A stretch of 64,000 bases of DNA from Chara braunii (lineage: Eukaryota > Plantae > Charophyceae), in assembly GCA_003427395.1 (NCBI GenBank), contig BFEA01000002.1, positions 2,928,877-2,992,876 on the forward strand, read 5' to 3'. The stretch's first letter is position 1. The number at the start of each line of letters is the position of its first letter. Shown here in pieces: positions 58,659-64,000 of the stretch. The notes under the pieces are model-generated. The model was not told the origin of the DNA. It made no database searches and saw nothing but the letters and a program-made list of their open reading frames with translations. The position numbers and the translations under genes were made by a program.

Positions 58659-61626
58659 TTAACCAGAGATAATTTTTTGCAGGGATCCGACCACGGGTTC
58701 ATCTTCCCCGTCTGAGTCCGTGCTGTCATCCGACTGGCTGCCCTGTTGGTCGTTTTCGGGGTCATCGCTCGTAAGTAGTCCAATCACCTGGGCCGCAACG
58801 GGCGTTAATATCCCTCCCATTGGCGGGCCTGTAGTGGTCGGGGAAAGCAAATCTGGGGGAGTCCTATGTGCGATGGAGGGCAGGGGATGTGCTAGTTGTT
58901 TGTCCTCACTGGTAGTAAGGAGGGCAGCCCCGATTTCCTCCACGAGCACCTCCGGCCAGAACTGCTCGTCCTCTGTTCGCAGCCCGTTTTTCTCGTCACC
59001 TGTGCCTGTTGTAGTGATTTGGGTAGATGCTGTGTAGCCCGCTGCTTTCTGAGTCAGTTCATCTAACAATGCTGTGACCGTTGCTATGATCACTTTGGCC
59101 ACGCGCCTCCAATCAATCTCTTCTGCCGAAGTGTACTCGTTGACTGCTTGAGTAATATTCCGTTTTGCGAGGATCCTCCTCCAGATTTTCTCCCAGTGCA
59201 GTGGGGGAATAAGTTTGTGCAGTGTCCGACCTGAGGGTGCTAGTGCGTTTTGTAGAATCCAGTCAGTGAGAGGCTTAAGTCGGGCCCGTACACTCCTCAC
59301 ACGTATGAGTGGGACTCTCTCCTTCAGAGGGGCTTGTGACCGTACGTGTGGCACAGGTTGTTGCGTGTGCAGGACGTGTGCATCATCTGTTTGGACCGGA
59401 GTCATAAGGAGGTCCAGCGCTGGGTGCACACCTTCCATGTTCACACCCTGTTGGTTGTCCGGTCGGAGCCCTTCCCTCCCTTGTTCCCCTTGCACGGTCT
59501 GATTTTGCGTGTCTTGCCCCATCTCAAAGTCGGCATTCGGGTGAATTCCTTCCGACGGGTGCAAGCATGCCGTGTTGGATGTTTCCATTGTCTGCTCAGC
59601 TTGCGGGGGGGGTTCCCCGTCATGGGGTGATTGGCAGAGGGCATACACCTGTTGGGGTGTGTTTGTCAGGGGGACCCCGGTGAGATTGGTTGACAGTTGT
59701 GTTTATCAGGGGGACCCCGGTGAGATTGGTTGACAGTTGTGTTTGCCAGAAGTGTCTTTCGAGAGCTGCCTGTTGTCGGTCAAAGGAGTTTATCAAACCT
59801 AAAACTTGACTTTGTCTATGAAGGTCGTGTTGGGCTTCTGCTAGCTGTCGCACTAGGCAGGTTTGCCTATATTTTTCTTGCTGCTCCTGTATTTTGTGTG
59901 CCTGTTGCGCAGCCAGGTGATGGAACAGGGCTTGTTGCTCTGCAGTCAGGCCTGCATGCAAGGGTATTTGTGCCTGGCCTTCGGCTTCTGACTCACTATC
60001 TGAGCATCCCATTATGGAATCCTGTTCGGATTCCCTCCCCGGGCGTTGTTGTTCATTTTGTTGGGGGGGCGTAGACAGCTCCTCATCCTTACTCGAGGGG
60101 AGCTTTTTTGTTGTTTCCTTGTCGGGTATGGCGGAGGCTGATGTATGCGCTTTCTGTCTGGCGTCCGTGGCGGACTTTGTGGGAGACGTTTGCACGACCC
60201 CTGGCCGCGGCTGCGATGGCGGTTAAAGCGAGGCGTTCGTTCGCTGCGTAGTGTTGTGCTGTGCGGAGTCTACTGGTGTACCCGGGAGAGGGGGCACTCC
60301 CTGCAGGGGGCGGGCTTGATTCAACTGCCGGTTTCTTTCTGCGGGGAGAAGGTTCTTTAGTCCCAGCGCAATGTTTTGCAGGTGGTCGAAACGCAGCAGT
60401 CTGTCCATGCATTTTGGTTGGCCCTTGTTGTGGTTGATGACAAGAAGTTTTGCATTTTGGGCCGCCGGATCATGCTGACACGTTAGAGCCGGGGGCCTGT
60501 TTCGGAACTGATATGCCTCAGCCAGCAAGCTCTGTCCCCCTTCCTCCACCAGGTATGCAGGGGAGGCAGATTTTTCGGCGATGAAGGCCCCCGGGGACTC
60601 GGAGCCCTGCAACTCCCGGTGCCCCGTCTCTGGGGGTTTGTGCAGTAGTCCCTCCTCTCCTGGCACACCCTGTTGCAGTTTCAACGCTTCCTTAGGTACA
60701 CTTCATTTTTGCAGGTATGTGGGGGGGACATACTTTTTGGTGACGACGGCCTCTGAGGGCTCCAGGCTCAGTAACTCGTGGTGCCGCCTATCCGAAAGTC
60801 GGTGTATTGATGCCGACCCATCCGAGTCACATTGTTGCAGTTGTGTGCCAACGCGCTGCTCGCGGTTGTCCTGATGTTGTTCTTTGAAGTGTGGGAGAAG
60901 TTTTGACAGCAGACCGGCGTCTTTAGCATTCGCTGTGTGTAGACTGTCGTGTGCCTGTAGGGGAAGTTATGTCAGCAGACCGGCGTCCGTAGCTTTGTCT
61001 GTGTGTAGCTTGTCATGTCCAGAATACATCCCAGACAGCAGTGGTTTCATGGGCTGCCCGGACGTCGGCAGATGCAGGAGCTGTCTTCGCTGTGCTGCAT
61101 CGTTCCCTGAGGTGGTGGGTGGAGGGGGCGAGCCAGTAGCAGTCTTGGCCGCTGGGTTCGGTGCTGTTGGCAACCCGCCTATTGTGGCACCTCCTCCCTC
61201 ATGGCTTTCCCCCCTTGCAGCCTCCTGTGCCATATGTGGCAGCAGCCCAGTCTCTGTCCCTTCCCCCTGTGTGTCAGGGACAGAGTTTGCCGCAGGTGGG
61301 GAGGGTGAGCTAGCAGTTTTAACCCCCGGACATTCTCCATGTCCCTCTGCACCCTCCTGTTCCGTGTGTGGCAACAGCCCAATCTGTGTTCCTTCCACTC
61401 GTGTGCTTGGGTCAGGGGGTGCAGCGGGTGGGGGGGGCGAGCTAACAGTTATAACCCTCGGACCTTCTGCAGCTGGGAGTCCGACTATTATGGCACCCCC
61501 TCCCGGATGGCCTTCCCCCCTTTCAGCTTCGTGCCGTGTGGTTGGGACCGAGTGTGCAGCTTCGGGTTCCATGGAGGGGAGGTGCGTATGCCTGTTTCGG
61601 CCCCCCGGGTGTTTTGAGGTCAACAT
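58659..61626 (-). pseudogene. LINE-E ORF1: long Pro/Gln/Thr-rich low-complexity protein with a C-terminal helical block
   Basis: Chain of minus-strand ORFs from ATG 61626. The RLKPLTDWIL...W.K block resembles the LINE-A/C ORF1 block (KVQVVADWIL...YWDK). Confidence 0.6.
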
Positions 61627-61929
61627 CTTTTTCTTTTTATTTCGGATTCGGTTGTCCTGTACAAAGCCTTCCTATCACCACGTCAATATCAAGAAAACAG
61701 AAGGAAGGGAAGTAGACAGAAAAAAGAGTCAGATTCTAAGAAAAGAGAGCCAGAAACAGTCGAGCTTTGACTACCTCCCACATGTCAAGTGACTAACTCC
61801 CACATCTCAACGGGCCTATCTCAGTTGGTAAAACCATGAATTGTTCAGATATAGACCTGAGCTCCAATCCAGATTCAATCGGATGAACAGGAATCCAAAC
61901 GCCTCTTCATTAGATTCCCAAACTGCATT

Positions 61930-64000
61930 TTATAACCAACCGGCGTTCGTCAGTGTCTCCGTGACGACGTTCGTCGCTCGGATGACGGACCTTCGATGAT
62001 CGAAGGCGCGATGCATGGACGCGATCAGTGTGGGCTTCGCGACCAGCTGCACGAAGTAGAAGGCTTCGTAGTGGCTACAATGATCGTCTCCCGCCATGGG
62101 CATCAACCACATGCAGGCAGCCAACAACAGCCTGAAGCAATCCGCGATCCTCGACAGACGATCGTGCGATATGAACCCGCCGTCGACGTTGCCACCCATT
62201 TGCACGGCGGCGCGAAATGCATGCGCGACGCACATGACGGTCGACTCTTGGTATGCAGCCATGTCGTCGTCCTCCGGCCTGTCGTCGATGTTCACCCCTG
62301 CAAACCACAGTGGCAAGTCCATATTGAGGTCGATCGTGTGCGCGCAAACGGCCACGCTCACCACGTTGCTCCACTCCTTGCCGTACCACATAACGCGCGC
62401 AAGGTCCGTCGCCACCGACTCCAACGCGTACTGGAAAGCGAGATTGTATCCGCGGGGGCGGTTCCCTGACTTGAACACCCACCCATGCAAGACGCGCAAA
62501 ACTATGTTCTCTAAAGCCCCCCCGCGGATGATCGCTTGCTGTAGTTGAGTGGGATCAACAATCCTCGTGAGGGTCGTCGCAGATTTCGGCATGACGACGC
62601 TCCTGGACACGACTGGCGCTTGCACCCCGCTGGCGATGGCCTCGAAGTGCTCCCGCGTTCGGTGGACGATGTCGTAGAGCCGGCGCCCCTCCCCCGTTGT
62701 CCAGAACGCTTTGTCGTCAACCCACAGGCGGGCACGGTCGGCAAGATCTCTCGCCAACCCTCCCCTCCGCTCCCAGCTTAAAAGGGGTTCGTCGTCCTCT
62801 CTTTCGCCCTTATTCTCGCCGCGCGCAACCTCCCACTCCACAACAGGAACCTCCTCTCTCGCCCCCGCCACGACAGCGACATTGCCCAAGGACCCCGCGC
62901 CTGCACCAGCGATCGCACCACCGCTCGCCACGCGCGCTTCTTGCTGGGCCACCTCACCTCCCCCACGTTCGGTAGACCCTCTATCTGCAGCCGTGTTGCG
63001 CGGTCGCGGCTGTGACGGCGTGGACGGCATGGCGCCCTGAGGTGGCCTTTCTTCATGCGCGGCGCGTATCCTTACTCCCATGGCCGTGACACCTTGCATT
63101 ACATTTCGCTGCCAGCGGCTTTCCAATGGCTCATTATCCTTGTCGCCAACGTCGACGACAACCTCCTTAGCTTTCGTGTTGCTCTGCCCACGACCTTGTT
63201 GCCCCTCGGGGGGGGGGGCGTGAGCAATCTCCTCGCCGCGGCCTGATCATTCTTCGCTTGAAGACTGCTGCCCCGGGGTACCGCCACGGTGTCATCTGCT
63301 GCTTCCTCCTCTGTCGTGAACACGTCGTCATCTTCGTCTTCGTTCGATGCCGCCCAATACCGCCCTCGCCGGACAGGCATGCTTGGTGATGCCTCTTCTG
63401 AATGGAGCCTCTTCGACTTGGGGACATGCCACCGACCCCCTGCCCGCCCTTGGGTGTCAGCAGGGACGTTCTCCCGCTTCTTGCCACGGCCGACGCCTCA
63501 CGTAGACATGATTCCCGTGCACTAGTGTCGCAGTGGTTGGCGGGAGCGCTCTGCGGCGAGAACAAGATCTTCGGTGGTGAATGACGCCGCACCTCCGAAC
63601 GATGTAGCCTTGTCCGCGACGATAAGGACAGTCTGCTCCGCGTGGACGTCCTTGTGCTTGCCAGACGATCGTCGGGCGCGACCGACGACGACAATGCAAA
63701 AGTCCCACTCGTGGAGCGCGAAGACAGGGGCGACCATGCGATGGCTGCGTGGTGCCCCGAGGACAGAAGGCAGGTGGCGTCCCGCGCGGATTTCGTCGCT
63801 GGTCACCGTGTGCACCGACCTCCAATACTGGATATGCCGCAAGCACAGCTTTATGCTGGAGCAGGCGCAGGCCCGCCAGAAACATGGAGCAGCTGGACGG
63901 GCCCCGAGCACGATTCTTCGCCTGCCGTCGTTGTCGACAGCGACACGTGTGACAGCAACTCACCAGACCTCCTGCACGCTCACGCCGTTCAGCTTTTGCG
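61930..64000 (-). other. GC-rich, CpG-rich coding-like segment (398-aa ORF 61930-63126 plus upstream fragments), probably transposon-derived, function unknown
   Basis: Abrupt compositional shift at about 61943; long ORF with a globular-looking C-terminal half; frameshifted upstream pieces. No motif recognised. Confidence 0.4.

Larger units (their letters stand above)
53077..61658 (-). mobile_element. L1/Tx1-like LINE-E, apparently full length (~8.6 kb), with 15-bp TSD
   Basis: TSD GTACAAAGCCTTCCT at 53062-53076 and 61659-61673; poly-A; tail motif 53169-53220; ATG 32 nt from the 5' end. Confidence 0.92.

Noticed and set aside
61811-61875. Third tRNA-like/SINE head (CTATCTCAGTTGGTAA)
   Set aside because: Only an A-box-like stretch; no convincing B-box.

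Overview
Repeat-dominated eukaryotic scaffold. The plant-type U6 copy, a plant-mitochondrial nad1 fragment, N-terminal GIY-YIG Penelope-like elements and L1-clade LINEs suggest a streptophyte alga such as Chara; this is an inference, not a database result. No intact host gene is recognisable. Contents: (i) two near-complete Penelope-like retroelements (1405-7488 and 36961-42798) plus an RT fragment of a third. Each near-complete element has direct terminal repeats (with minimal hammerhead ribozymes in the first), an unexpected upstream gag-like ORF (CCHC knuckle, coiled coil, SAP/HeH-like), and a GIY-YIG-RT region joined to it across a stop codon at nearly the same position in both, which suggests gag-pol-like readthrough. 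(ii) A stack of nested L1/Tx1-like LINEs; three insertions have exact 15-16 bp TSDs. Their divergent families share a covarying 3' RNA module (15 copies; hairpin/pseudoknot + H-type pseudoknot + CUCUUAY stem-loop before the poly-A). (iii) Two divergent copies of an unclassified insertion carrying a conserved small CxxC ORF. (iv) A U6 retrocopy, a nad1 NUMT, tRNA-derived SINEs, three MITE families, microsatellites, and a Nextera mate-pair junction adapter that marks a local mis-assembly.
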